Shown one piece after another: positions 30,987 through 41,430 of a DNA stretch of 64,000 nucleotides. The notes beneath the pieces are model-generated. The model worked only from the letters and a program-made list of their open reading frames with translations, had not been told where the DNA came from and ran no database searches. Position 1 is the stretch's first letter; the number at the start of each line of letters is the position of its first letter. Source of the stretch: an uncultured Alphaproteobacteria bacterium (GTDB lineage Bacteria > Pseudomonadota > Alphaproteobacteria > Rhizobiales > Aestuariivirgaceae); assembly GCA_963787895.1 (NCBI GenBank), contig CAWBEX010000008.1, positions 540,390 through 604,389 on the forward strand, written 5' to 3'. The position numbers were made by a program, and so were the translations under genes.

Positions 30987-33900
30987 TCGCCGCCGCCTTC
31001 ATCGGTACCGGCCTCGGTACCAAGACCCCATTCGCGCCAGCGTGACAGATGGTCATAGTCTTCCTTGCGGTTCCATGCCTTTTCCCCGGATCTTGCCGGG
31101 AATCCTTGTTCAGGCTGGAGATACCCAGTGATGATATTGCGAACACCTTCAGCTGTAGCCTCAATTTCTTCGGCCAGGATGTAGCCAGGGTCCGTCGGAC
31201 TTGCATTAATCTCACCGGCTGGTTCACCACCTGAAAGACGGATGTACATCAACTGTTCTGCCTCGCCTGCTGGGATACCTTCAAAGGCCCCCTTTTTCGC
31301 AAGCCAGCCTTCCACGAACAATTGTGGTTTGTACCCCGCGTTCTGCGCAATCATATCCTTGCTTTTGAACAGCCTTGTCATTTTGGCCTCGCCCGTCTTG
31401 TAATCGATGATGCGCAGGCCCCCCGATCTCAGGACATCGATGCGGTCGGCGCGGGCGGTGATTGTGATGTCCCTTTCGGCCCACGTGACCGCATAGGTGG
31501 CAGTTCTTTCGGTGTGCTGGCTTATGACGTTCTGGCGCAACTCTGCTTCCGCCTCGCAGAACCAGTCGATCATGCGTGCAGCCTGCGGCAGCCACAGCGC
31601 ACGCAAGGCTTCATCCGGCGCATAGTCGGCAATGATGTCATCGGCAATTGCCAGCATCAGGTCTCGCGCGTCAGCAGGCATGGGTCCGGGATGGCTGCTG
31701 CTGAACACCTCCACCACCTTGTGCACGAACTGGCCCCGCTCTGCCGCGCCGGGTTCGGTGTTGAGTGTTTCAAGCGGTTTCAGCTTGAGGACGGCTTCAG
31801 CAAACACTGCATAGGGGTCCTCTATAAGCTTGCCGATGCGGGTGACCGAGTAGTGGGCCGGGCGCGCATCTGGAGGCGGCACAGGAACCGGCTGCAGGGC
31901 TGGTGCAGGCTTGAGTCCTGCTGGCATGTCTTCGTGCCAGTCCAGCCCCATTGCCCATCCCGCCCAATTCATGCCTTCACGTGGCTTCAGAGCGTCCTTC
32001 AGCCCTGCCGCTTCCAGCACGGCCCGCAACCGTAATAACCAGCGCGATGGTACAGTGGGAGTGCCACCTGATTTGCGGGCCCAAGTCAGGTAAACCTGTT
32101 CGGCGCTCAAGCCTTGCACGAAGTCATGCGCGGCCAGGCCCAGCCGGCGTTCAGGCATCGGCAGCCTGGCAAGCGCGTACTGCGGCCGCGACAGCCATGC
32201 ACCCGGGTCCATGTCGCCGGGCCATATTCCTTCGTTCAACCCTCCGAGGATGACAACTTCGCTTTGTACCAGCCGCGCTTCCAGCAGACCGAGTATCTTC
32301 AACTTCGGATGCAACGGATAGCGTCTGCGCACTGGCACCGACGCCAGTACACTGGACATGAAATCGCGATAGTCACGAAATGACATCTTTGGTGCAGACG
32401 CGGCATGGTCCAGCACTTCGCGCAAGGTCTCCGACAGGCTGGTGCCCGCTTCACCGGCCCACAATTGTTGTGGGCTGGTGGAGTTGCCAGCGCTTATTGC
32501 TTCGGCAGCTGCTATGTGTGCGGTAAGCAGCTGTTCCAGCGGCGCGGGCGTGCCGTTCTGGGCCAATTCTGAAAGCGGCTTCAGTCGCTGTTCGATTTCC
32601 GCAGCAAACGCTTCCATTTGCAGCCAGTCATCGTCCGTCAATGCTCTAACTGTTGCGTGGACGTAGTCTTCGCTGGCCCGAACCTTTGCAAGCCGGACGC
32701 GCTCTTTCAGACCGTTCAACTTGTGCGCGCCATGCATTTGGCGCAGCAGTGCAATCTCCAGTTTCCGGGCCAATGGCAGGGTCTTCTGATCCAACAGAAG
32801 TTCATTACTTGTGAGGATGTGGCCAAGCAGGGCGACAATATGGTGCGGCCGGGCATCCGGGGCACAAACATCACTAACCAGCCGGAAGAAGATTCCTGGT
32901 GCAAGCCCTGACAGGGGTTCACCGGCGCTATCATCCACATGGATGTTCCAGCGCAACAGTTCTGATGATACGCGCCTGGCCAGCTGCCTGTCCGGTGTGA
33001 TCAGCGAGCATGGCCGGTTCTCGTCAAGCGTTTTGCGCATGACCATGGCGATCATGCTTGCCTGTTCACGCGTCTCCGGACAAACCAGTTCCGTAATGCC
33101 TTGGGTTGCCTTCTGGAAGGTTTCGTGCAGGCCTGCCAGTTCACGCCATTTGCCCGTTGTCTCACTTGGGCGCATCGCCTCAAGCGCCAGGCGTGACCTG
33201 GCGGCTGCACTTTCCGAAACTGTCACTCCCGGCAGCAGAGCCACATCCTCACGTTCTGCCTGCATCGCTGCCAGCAGTTCCTTCATGCCGAACTGAGGGT
33301 GCTGCTCGCTAATCTTGTTCCAGCTTTCGTCGTCGAGCGCTTGATCGAGCCCTGGCAGCACCACAGCCCCCAAGGGCAGGTGCGCAATGGTTGCCAGAAG
33401 TCTGGATGTTGCGGGGATGGAGCCTGTGGAACCCGCAGCTATGATCGGAGCTGTGGGTGGGTTTTTCCGGAGCCTGTCTGCCTCCAGCGAAAGCAGTGCT
33501 GAGCGTCTGGCTTGCGGCCCCATGATCCCGGCACTTTCAAGCGCTGCCGGATATTCCCTGACGATGATTGACAGGAAATCAAGTGCTTCCGAGCGGTGCC
33601 TGGGCATGTCGTCATCGCTCGCAAGTCTCTCGGGTAATTCTGCAAGAGTGATTTCACCGGTCTCGAGACTATCGATCAACTGCAGCAGAGAACGCGCCAT
33701 CTGCAGCGCATGAAATGTACTGTCAATGAGTGACTGTGCAGCGAGGCCAGCGGGCTCCTTTCTGGCCCAGTCCTGGACAATTTTCGACATCAGAAATTGC
33801 CGCTGCAGGTCGGAAGCGGCTGGTTTCAGGGCAAGCTCAGCCGTACCTGACGGCCCCCAGCTTCCGGTGATGTTGATCTCGTCCTCATCGGTATCACCGA

Positions 33901-34141
33901 GGGCACGTATATTTGGCAATAGGCGTGCAGTGCTGCCATCTGCAGCCAGGAAAGCCTCTCGGCATGCGCGCACCGCGCGCCTAGTGGGCAGCAGTATCGT
34001 CCAGTTAGTCAGGGATTCAGCCTGCGCAGAGGTAGTCAACTCGTTGAACATCCGGCCTTCCAGAACTGCCTTTACCAGTGCGTTCAGAAATGGAGTGCCA
34101 GCCGGTACCGTGAACAGGCCTGGGCGGCGGCTGGCGCTCAT
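30983..34141 (-). CDS. addB: Double-strand break repair protein AddB
   Basis: ILLPTRRA, AAGSTGSIPAT, GLLEARL, SVTRI..DPY, RADRID..IIDYKTG; upstream of addA with overlap. Confidence 0.95.
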   Translation of the reverse strand: MSASRRPGLFTVPAGTPFLNALVKAVLEGRMFNELTTSAQAESLTNWTILLPTRRAVRACREAFLAADGSTARLLPNIRALGDTDEDEINITGSWGPSGTAELALKPAASDLQRQFLMSKIVQDWARKEPAGLAAQSLIDSTFHALQMARSLLQLIDSLETGEITLAELPERLASDDDMPRHRSEALDFLSIIVREYPAALESAGIMGPQARRSALLSLEADRLRKNPPTAPIIAAGSTGSIPATSRLLATIAHLPLGAVVLPGLDQALDDESWNKISEQHPQFGMKELLAAMQAEREDVALLPGVTVSESAAARSRLALEAMRPSETTGKWRELAGLHETFQKATQGITELVCPETREQASMIAMVMRKTLDENRPCSLITPDRQLARRVSSELLRWNIHVDDSAGEPLSGLAPGIFFRLVSDVCAPDARPHHIVALLGHILTSNELLLDQKTLPLARKLEIALLRQMHGAHKLNGLKERVRLAKVRASEDYVHATVRALTDDDWLQMEAFAAEIEQRLKPLSELAQNGTPAPLEQLLTAHIAAAEAISAGNSTSPQQLWAGEAGTSLSETLREVLDHAASAPKMSFRDYRDFMSSVLASVPVRRRYPLHPKLKILGLLEARLVQSEVVILGGLNEGIWPGDMDPGAWLSRPQYALARLPMPERRLGLAAHDFVQGLSAEQVYLTWARKSGGTPTVPSRWLLRLRAVLEAAGLKDALKPREGMNWAGWAMGLDWHEDMPAGLKPAPALQPVPVPPPDARPAHYSVTRIGKLIEDPYAVFAEAVLKLKPLETLNTEPGAAERGQFVHKVVEVFSSSHPGPMPADARDLMLAIADDIIADYAPDEALRALWLPQAARMIDWFCEAEAELRQNVISQHTERTATYAVTWAERDITITARADRIDVLRSGGLRIIDYKTGEAKMTRLFKSKDMIAQNAGYKPQLFVEGWLAKKGAFEGIPAGEAEQLMYIRLSGGEPAGEINASPTDPGYILAEEIEATAEGVRNIITGYLQPEQGFPARSGEKAWNRKEDYDHLSRWREWGLGTEAGTDEGGGE

Positions 34142-34854
34142 CCTCTTGCCAGTTCAGCCAGCTTGGCTTCTGCATCACGAATTGCTTCCGGTGTGCCGAC
34201 ATGCAGCCACCAATAATCGTGCAGCAGGCCGTACAGGCGGCCAGTCTTGATCGCATTGTTCCACAGGAGGTTCATGGAAAACGGCTTGGCCTCGTATCCG
34301 TCAAACAGACGTGGATGTACCATGTAGGCACCGGCATAGATCGCCTGGGCTGTCTCAGTACTTCGTCTTGTCAATTGTCCGCATGGGCCAATGTCAAAGT
34401 CGCCGGGACCATCAAAACCCGTTGAACAGGTCTTGTCAGCAAGCAGCAACAGGCAGTCCATACGCTCACCGTTCCACGCACAAGCCATTCGCTCCAATGC
34501 CGGCTTCGGCCCGTCAACCCAGAACGAATCCGAATTCAAAACGAAGAATGGATCATGCCCCAGCAATGGCAGGGCCTTGGCCACGCCTCCGCCTGTGTCG
34601 AGCAATTCATGGGTTTCGTCCTGCACGAGGAGTTCCAGGTCGGTCCGTGTTTGCGCCCAGGCTTCAATCTGGTCAGGCAGGTAATGTTTGTTCACGACCA
34701 TGGATTGCACACCCGCGAGCGCCAGTGCGTCGGCACCACGATCAATCAGCGTTCGCCCTGCTACCTCTATCAGTGGCTTAGGGCGGGCAAGCGTTAACGG
34801 CCTCATTCGCGTTCCCAGGCCAGCCGCCAGCATCATTGCCGAATGCACTTTCAT
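34138..34854 (-). CDS. murU: N-acetylmuramate-alpha-1-phosphate uridylyltransferase-like nucleotidyltransferase
   Basis: AMMLAAGLGTRMRPLT..PKPL, LLDTGGG, NSD, WLHVGTP; adjacent to the amgK-like gene. Confidence 0.8.
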   Translation of the reverse strand: MKVHSAMMLAAGLGTRMRPLTLARPKPLIEVAGRTLIDRGADALALAGVQSMVVNKHYLPDQIEAWAQTRTDLELLVQDETHELLDTGGGVAKALPLLGHDPFFVLNSDSFWVDGPKPALERMACAWNGERMDCLLLLADKTCSTGFDGPGDFDIGPCGQLTRRSTETAQAIYAGAYMVHPRLFDGYEAKPFSMNLLWNNAIKTGRLYGLLHDYWWLHVGTPEAIRDAEAKLAELARG

Positions 34855-36419
34855 TGCCCTGCCTCCTTGCGTTTGGAATATGGCAGATGCTCATTGAACC
34901 AGCCGCGCAGGCTGGCAAGTGCCTGATGGCTCAGGTTCTGTTCCAGCACCGCACTAGTGCGCGGCAGGAACTTCAAATATCCAGGCTTGTCATCACGGAC
35001 ACACAGCCGGGCAAATATGCCCAGTATCTTGGTGGCCCGTTGCGCGCCAAGTATGGCATAGGCGGCACTAAAAGCCGCCTTGTCAAACCCGGGCTCCTCC
35101 ATTTCGCGTGCAGCTGCATAGAAGTCGAAATAGTCTTGTGCAACTTCAGCCGGAATTGTGACACGCACATCCTGCAACAGTGAAGCAAGATCGTATGCGG
35201 GGTGGCCAAGGACGCAGTCCTGCGTATCAATCAACCCAATCCTCCGGTCCCCCTCCCGTTGCGGAAGCCAGAACAGGTTGTCGACGTGAAAGTCACGCAA
35301 CACCCAGACATCACGGTTGGCTGCAATAGGTTCCAGCGTCCTGCGCCAGGCGTTCAGAAAGTCCTGCCGGATGGCTTCATCCGGCTTGCCGCCGGCAAGC
35401 AGCGGCCAGTACCAGTCGAGACATAGCTCAACCTCTATCAGCAGGGCTTCCATATCGTAGGGTTTGAGATCATAGGTCTCGCCTGATTTGAGTTTGACAT
35501 GCTTGGGCCATTGCTGAACCGGCATGCCTGAAAGCATCGTGACAGCAGCAGTCAACGCATCTGCAAATGCCTCTTGGTCGCCTAGAAGTGATTTGAAGCT
35601 GCCCGTTCCGAAATCCTCGATTACGGCCAGACCAGCGTCAACATCTATGGCGTGTATTATGGGCGCTGATAGCCCCAGGTTTTGCAGACCTGTGTTTATG
35701 GCTTCAACCGCGCGAATGTCCTCGGCAAGGTTTGCAATGCGACTGTATGGCAGGCCGTTGCGGACCGCAGGTCCGTCCGGGCGTGACGGCATGTCCATGA
35801 GCAGGCCGTTCAATCCGCCGGGTCCATTGCTCAGCCTTTCATAACGCCTGCTTGATGCATCACCCGGCATCCGGTGTCTTTGCGCCTTGCTCCAGCCCGC
35901 CTTTGCCAGCAGCGAGTTGATGTCGGCGATGCGTTGCAAGCGTTCCTGCCAGCTTCCATCCAGATCTTGCAGGACTGCCTCGCGGCCACTGCCTGCTTCT
36001 GACAAATGGACCCGCACCCCCCCTGAAGGCAGCAGGTTTGCGGCATTCTCGGGCCATTCCACCAATACGACTGCCGTCTCAAGTGCGTCATTCAGGCCCA
36101 GTTCGAGAACTTCCTCGGCATCCTCAATGCGATACAGATCTGCATGCAGCACATTGGGTGTCACATCGGAATATTCCTGTACAAGTGTGAATGTCGGACT
36201 GGGAACCTCAAGCGCCGGGTCGTCCGCCAGCGTACGGATCAGCGCGCGCGCCAATGTAGTCTTGCCGGCACCCAGATCGCCTTCCAGCAGGATCAGATCA
36301 CCCACCCTGACGAACATCGCCAGGCTTTCAGCAAGCTTCTCGGTTGCGCCAGCATCGACCAGCGCCAGGCAATGGGTTTCCTTCACTTCGGGTGGACTAC
36401 CTTCCGCCATCTTGGTCAA
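34851..36419 (-). CDS. tsaE: TsaE (t6A ATPase) - AmgK-like phosphotransferase fusion
   Basis: N-terminus LEGDLGAGKTT, VPSPTFTLVQ, HADLYR, VEWPE; C-terminus GDASSRRYER, LRDFHVDNL, IDTQD. Confidence 0.88.
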   Translation of the reverse strand: MTKMAEGSPPEVKETHCLALVDAGATEKLAESLAMFVRVGDLILLEGDLGAGKTTLARALIRTLADDPALEVPSPTFTLVQEYSDVTPNVLHADLYRIEDAEEVLELGLNDALETAVVLVEWPENAANLLPSGGVRVHLSEAGSGREAVLQDLDGSWQERLQRIADINSLLAKAGWSKAQRHRMPGDASSRRYERLSNGPGGLNGLLMDMPSRPDGPAVRNGLPYSRIANLAEDIRAVEAINTGLQNLGLSAPIIHAIDVDAGLAVIEDFGTGSFKSLLGDQEAFADALTAAVTMLSGMPVQQWPKHVKLKSGETYDLKPYDMEALLIEVELCLDWYWPLLAGGKPDEAIRQDFLNAWRRTLEPIAANRDVWVLRDFHVDNLFWLPQREGDRRIGLIDTQDCVLGHPAYDLASLLQDVRVTIPAEVAQDYFDFYAAAREMEEPGFDKAAFSAAYAILGAQRATKILGIFARLCVRDDKPGYLKFLPRTSAVLEQNLSHQALASLRGWFNEHLPYSKRKEAGQ

Positions 36420-38926
36420 CTCCCGGCAGCCTGCCTTTGTGCGTCCCTCGGAGCAACCTCAGCACTGCTGATTACGGTAGTCTTTCTCTCAGCCGGGCCA
36501 CGGCTTGGAAGGCGGCAAATCACGGTGGTGCCTTCGCCAAGTTTTGACATCAGCCTTACAGCTCCGCCGTGAAGTTCCACAAAGCTCTTTACCAGCGCCA
36601 GTCCCAGTCCGGGGCCTCGATGCCCGCCAGCTGCAGGTCTGGAATTGAACCTCTCAAATGCGGTTTTCTGAAAATCAGGGTCCATTCCGCGCCCATTGTC
36701 TGCCACCCACAGCAATACATCGTCCTTGTCGCGGCGTGCGCCCATACGGACCGTTGCCCCGGACGTGGAGAACCCGATTGCATTCGACAGCAGGTGCCCC
36801 AGTGTCTGATGTAGCCGCCTGCTATCCGCAATTATTGTTCCGGAATCTTCGGTGATCTCAATGCTCAGCGTCAGGTCGCGTTCCTCTATCCGGTTTTCGA
36901 ATGAACTGGCCACATTCGACATGAGATCTTCAACCCTGATTTCCTCGACACGAAGCTCCATGGCACCCGCGTCGATTGTGGTCAGATCGAGTATGGCGTC
37001 GATGACTGTGAGCAGATCATTGGATGACGCCTGGATATCCTTGATGTATTCCGCTTGCTTGGGTGCAAGATCGCCGGCGATGCCTGTTGCCAGCATGGAA
37101 GAGAACCCGAGAATCGAGTTCAGCGGAGTGCGCAATTCATACGACACATTCGACATGAAGCCGGTCTTGAGGCGATCCGCCGCTTCAAGTGCATCGTTGC
37201 GTTCGCGCAGTGCACGCTCAATACCGGAACTGGCGGTCACATCGACATAGGTGATCAGCGTGTTGCCGTCCGGCAGCGGCACGACGTTGTAGTCCAGCAC
37301 CATGCCATCGGGTCGCACCAGTCTGTCGGCCAGGGGTCGACGGCTTTGCGACAACGAAGTGACAGCAAGCTTCACCTCGTCCCACATGTCCTGGTCAGGC
37401 AGAAGCTTCTTGCAAAGCCCGAAGACCTCCACCACGTGTGGCCGTGATTCGAGGAAGGTTTCGTCAAGTTGCCAGAACCGGCTGAACGTGGGATTGAACA
37501 GACGCAAGCACCCGTCGGTACCAAACAGCGCAAGCCCCTCGTGTATGTTGTCGATCGTCTCGCGCTGCACCCCGATCAACTCATTGTAGCGGCTCTCCAG
37601 CTGTATTTTTTCCGACACGTCTTCATAAAGTACCGAGACTTCTCCTGAACGCGGTTGCTCGGAAACAACCCTCAGCGACCGGCCATCAGGCAGGTGCCAA
37701 AGCTCTTCCGGCGTGTCCATGCGCCCGTAAGAAGCCAACTGCTCTGTTTTCCAGGTGCGATAGTTTGCCTGTTCTGGAAGCTTTCGCTCTTCCCGTAGGC
37801 GGTCGAGAATTTCGCCGTGGCTGGGGCAGCTATCGAGCCACTTCGGGTCCATGTCCCACAACTCGGCGAAAGCGGAGTTGTAAAAGGTTAGCTTCTGATC
37901 AGAACTGAACGTTGCAATTGCTGCAGTAATCTTGTTGAGCGTGCTGGCGTGTGACCGGGTTTGCCGCTCCAGCTCCTTGCGGGTGTTTTCAAGCGCTGTC
38001 ATGTCGAGTGCGAAGCTGGCAACATGCTTGCCAAATTTCACCTGGATCAATTCGAGCATCCGCTTTGAGCCGCCAACCACGGCTGTGCCTGAAAACACCT
38101 GGCGGCTGCTGTCCCCAGGCCGATTAACCTGCGTCATGGCATCGGTATCCACAATGGATATATTGCGCGCAAGGACTTCGTCTATGTCGGGCTGTTCAAC
38201 TGCACTCAGGTAGCTGTCGTTAACCCATAGCAGGTCGCCATTGCTGTCTCGCAGGAAGATAGGAAATGGCGCCTTGTCCAGTATCGCGCTCAAACGTTCA
38301 ACCTGTTGACCCAGCCTGCGTGCATCCAGCAGCAATTCCTTTGTATCGCGCCGCTCACCTGACAACGGCCTGATGCGCATGGTCGCCACGCCGCCGGCAG
38401 CGCGGCCGTCGGCCTCAATCAGTTCACCGCCAGTTGTCTTCAGTGCAATGTTGAAGGGAGATCCGGTTGAACGCAGTGTGTCGATGCAAGCCTGTACTGT
38501 CCTGATCGATTCTTCATCGAGCCATTTCGAAAAGTCTTTGGTCTCATCTGGCTTAACATCCAAGTTGATCGTGCCATGAAGACTTCCGGCCACCGCATCC
38601 GGTACGTCATTGGCCGTACGCCAGATGAACAGCAGGCTTGGTTCAGCATTGATGATGGCTTGGGCCTCGCTCAGGTCTCCTTCAAGCAGCCCAATGCGCT
38701 CTTCTGCAGAGCTTTTGCCGTTGCTCATGCGCCGCACCGCGATCAGGGCCCAGATAATGACTATCGCTGAAAGTAGTAACGTGGCTGCTGCATAGGAGCT
38801 GTCGCCAGCCAGCCCGAGCGGAGCTTCCGCATGCGCCGTGCTGGCGGCAGCGCAAAAAACAATCGCAGCTGCTGGCGCGCTGCCACAGGTTAGCAATCTG
38901 CCGGAGGATGTAAGCATGCCTCGCAA
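36416..38926 (-). CDS. divL: PAS-domain DivL-like pseudo-histidine kinase
   Basis: Multiple PAS-like regions and an HATPase domain. The H-box reads NVSYELRTPL with Tyr at the phospho-His position, the DivL signature. Confidence 0.75.
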   Translation of the reverse strand: MRGMLTSSGRLLTCGSAPAAAIVFCAAASTAHAEAPLGLAGDSSYAAATLLLSAIVIIWALIAVRRMSNGKSSAEERIGLLEGDLSEAQAIINAEPSLLFIWRTANDVPDAVAGSLHGTINLDVKPDETKDFSKWLDEESIRTVQACIDTLRSTGSPFNIALKTTGGELIEADGRAAGGVATMRIRPLSGERRDTKELLLDARRLGQQVERLSAILDKAPFPIFLRDSNGDLLWVNDSYLSAVEQPDIDEVLARNISIVDTDAMTQVNRPGDSSRQVFSGTAVVGGSKRMLELIQVKFGKHVASFALDMTALENTRKELERQTRSHASTLNKITAAIATFSSDQKLTFYNSAFAELWDMDPKWLDSCPSHGEILDRLREERKLPEQANYRTWKTEQLASYGRMDTPEELWHLPDGRSLRVVSEQPRSGEVSVLYEDVSEKIQLESRYNELIGVQRETIDNIHEGLALFGTDGCLRLFNPTFSRFWQLDETFLESRPHVVEVFGLCKKLLPDQDMWDEVKLAVTSLSQSRRPLADRLVRPDGMVLDYNVVPLPDGNTLITYVDVTASSGIERALRERNDALEAADRLKTGFMSNVSYELRTPLNSILGFSSMLATGIAGDLAPKQAEYIKDIQASSNDLLTVIDAILDLTTIDAGAMELRVEEIRVEDLMSNVASSFENRIEERDLTLSIEITEDSGTIIADSRRLHQTLGHLLSNAIGFSTSGATVRMGARRDKDDVLLWVADNGRGMDPDFQKTAFERFNSRPAAGGHRGPGLGLALVKSFVELHGGAVRLMSKLGEGTTVICRLPSRGPAERKTTVISSAEVAPRDAQRQAAGS

Positions 38927-39143
38927 AAGTATTCTGGCCCCTGAAAAGCGAGTTTCCGTCCCAACGCGCTACTCAACAAACCCTGGTTTAGCCCGTTCAA
39001 ACCCCGGCAGCGAAGCAAATCGCGAATCACCGGAAACAAAGCCCATCTTGTTATAGCTTCTCTGCACCAAAAAGCACACCGCCCGGCAGCAGTCCTTATC
39101 AGCCAGGCGGTAAAAATACCATGATTTGATGCGGCTTGCCCGT

Positions 39144-40544
39144 CTAGTAGCGATAGGTGTCGGGTTTGAACGGGCCTTCCGGCTTGACGCCGATATAGTC
39201 CGCCTGCTCCTTGGAAAGCTTGGTCAGCTTTGCCCCTACCTTTGCCAAATGCAGCATGGCCACTTTCTCATCCAGGTGTTTTGGCAGCACGTAGACCGAG
39301 TTCTTGTATTCTTCACCCTTGGTCCACAGCTCTATCTGGGCCAGTGTCTGGTTGGCGAACGAAGCAGACATCACAAATGATGGATGGCCTGTCGCATTGC
39401 CGAGGTTCACCAGCCTGCCTTCCGACAACAGGATCATGCGATTGCCACCTGGAAACTCGATCATGTCGACTTGTGGCTTGATGTTGGTCCACTTGAAGTT
39501 TTTCAGCCCTGCCACCTGAATCTCATTGTCGAAGTGTCCGATATTGCAGACGATCGCCATGTCCTTGACCCGACGCATCTGCTCGACAGTAAGAATGTCC
39601 TTGTTGCCTGTTGCCGTCACGACGACATCGGCACGTTCAATGTCCTCATCCAGTGTAACAACCTCAAAGCCATCCATCGCAGCCTGCAGCGCACAGATCG
39701 GGTCTACCTCGGTCACCATGACGCGCGCACCGGCACCTGCAAGCGATTGTGCTGATCCCTTACCCACATCACCGTAGCCTGCAACAATGGCAACCTTGCC
39801 GGCGAGCATGACATCGGTGCCGCGCCTGATGGCATCGACCAGCGATTCCCGGCAACCATACTTGTTGTCGAACTTCGACTTGGTAACGCTGTCGTTGACG
39901 TTGATGGCTGGAAACGGAAGTTCGCCCTTTTTTTCGAGTTCATAAAGGCGGTGCACGCCGGTGGTCGTTTCTTCTGACACACCCTTGATTGCTGCCCGCG
40001 CCCTGGTGAAGAACCCTGGATCACGCTCCATGCGCCTTTTGATGGTCGCAAAGAAGATTTCCTCTTCCTCGTTTCCGGGGTTTGCCAGCACGGAAATATC
40101 TTTTTCGGCCTTGGCCCCGACCAGGATGTACATGGTGGCATCGCCGCCATCATCCAGAATCATGTTGGCAGTTTCACCATTTGGCCAGTCAAAGATCTTG
40201 TCGGCGAAGTCCCAGTATTCCTGCAGGGTTTCGCCCTTGTGGGCAAACACCGGAATGCCCGCGGCGGCTATGGCTGCAGCGGCGTGATCCTGCGTGGAAA
40301 AAATGTTGCACGACGCCCAGCGCACTTCCGCGCCAAGCGCGACAAGGGTTTCAATCAGAACTGCTGTCTGGATAGTCATGTGCAGCGAGCCGGCGATACG
40401 CGCACCTTTGAGTGGTTGAGCATTGTCATACTCTTGGCGCACAGCCATCAGGCCGGGCATTTCTACCTCGGCAATGTCGATTTCCTTGCGGCCAAAATCG
40501 GCCAGCGAAATGTCAGCTACGGCATAGTCACTAAATGCGGTCAT
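39144..40544 (-). CDS. ahcY: Adenosylhomocysteinase
   Basis: [69 protein letters not shown]. Confidence 0.98.
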   Translation of the reverse strand: MTAFSDYAVADISLADFGRKEIDIAEVEMPGLMAVRQEYDNAQPLKGARIAGSLHMTIQTAVLIETLVALGAEVRWASCNIFSTQDHAAAAIAAAGIPVFAHKGETLQEYWDFADKIFDWPNGETANMILDDGGDATMYILVGAKAEKDISVLANPGNEEEEIFFATIKRRMERDPGFFTRARAAIKGVSEETTTGVHRLYELEKKGELPFPAINVNDSVTKSKFDNKYGCRESLVDAIRRGTDVMLAGKVAIVAGYGDVGKGSAQSLAGAGARVMVTEVDPICALQAAMDGFEVVTLDEDIERADVVVTATGNKDILTVEQMRRVKDMAIVCNIGHFDNEIQVAGLKNFKWTNIKPQVDMIEFPGGNRMILLSEGRLVNLGNATGHPSFVMSASFANQTLAQIELWTKGEEYKNSVYVLPKHLDEKVAMLHLAKVGAKLTKLSKEQADYIGVKPEGPFKPDTYRY

Positions 40545-40637
40545 GAGCTCGCGGGTCCTTGCAGGTATGGAATTGTTTCGGCGGTCTATAACAGGCTGCA
40601 AGGCCACCTGCAACAATCACATAAACAATTCTTTATA

Positions 40638-40931
40638 TTACTTGTTTGAACTGTCTTCGTCGCGGTCTTCGCCAAATCGGTCTTCCAGCAGGGTCTCGAT
40701 GGCCTGCATTGCAGCTTCCGCATCTGGTCCCTCGGCTGATATCGCTAGTTCAGCACCTGTGCTTGCAGCCAGCATCATCAGCCCCAGAATGGAGCTGCCT
40801 GGCACACTCTGGCCATCGTACGAAACGTTGACATTGGCATCGAACTGCTCGACGCATTTGACGAACTTTGCTGATGCCCTCGCATGAAGGCCGCGCCGAT
40901 TGGTAATTGTAAGTTGCCTGATCAGGGTCAT
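40638..40931 (-). CDS. ptsH: HPr/NPr phosphocarrier protein
   Basis: NRRGLHARASAKFV (His15 motif) and SILGLMMLAA (Ser46 motif). Confidence 0.93.
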   Translation of the reverse strand: MTLIRQLTITNRRGLHARASAKFVKCVEQFDANVNVSYDGQSVPGSSILGLMMLAASTGAELAISAEGPDAEAAMQAIETLLEDRFGEDRDEDSSNK

Positions 40932-41326
40932 CTGCCAAGAAGGCTGCTTGCGAGGTTTATGTATTTGCGCCCTGCTTTTTGAGCTTCCTGCGCTGCTTCA
41001 TGCAATGGCAATGTTGTGCGTACGCTGGCCAGCTTGATCAGGGCAGGCAGGTTCATGCCGGCAAGCACTTCAACTTCACCGTCATCCATCGCCGAGATTG
41101 CCAGGTTGGACGGCGTGCCGCCGAACATGTCAGTCAGCACTATCACTCCGCTGCCGCTTTCCACCTTGTGGATTGCTTTCAGGATGTCATTGCGGCGCTC
41201 ATCACCATTGTCGTCGGGGCCGATGCCGATGACCTCCACGTCTTGTTGCGGCCCAACCACATGTTCCATGGCCCTGGCGAATTCTTCGGCCAGCTTGCCA
41301 TGCGAAACCAGAACCAAACCAATCAT
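40928..41326 (-). CDS. manX: PTS EIIA (mannose-type) regulatory component
   Basis: MIGLVLVSHG, LTDMFGGTPSN, AGMNLPAL; ATG at 41326. Confidence 0.9.
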   Translation of the reverse strand: MIGLVLVSHGKLAEEFARAMEHVVGPQQDVEVIGIGPDDNGDERRNDILKAIHKVESGSGVIVLTDMFGGTPSNLAISAMDDGEVEVLAGMNLPALIKLASVRTTLPLHEAAQEAQKAGRKYINLASSLLGR

Positions 41327-41430
41327 GAAGCAGACGCTCGCTTGTTGTTGAGTGAGCCAGCATGGCAGCTGGTGAAGTCGCAGTAGATTAACGTTTCGCG
41401 GGCTGTCTGCAAGCCCAGACACCTAGTGTT

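Noticed and set aside
40545-40637. Canonical SAH or SAM-SAH riboswitch before ahcY
   Set aside because: The conserved core sequences of those families are not visible; only generic pairing is seen (reported as a low-interest finding).
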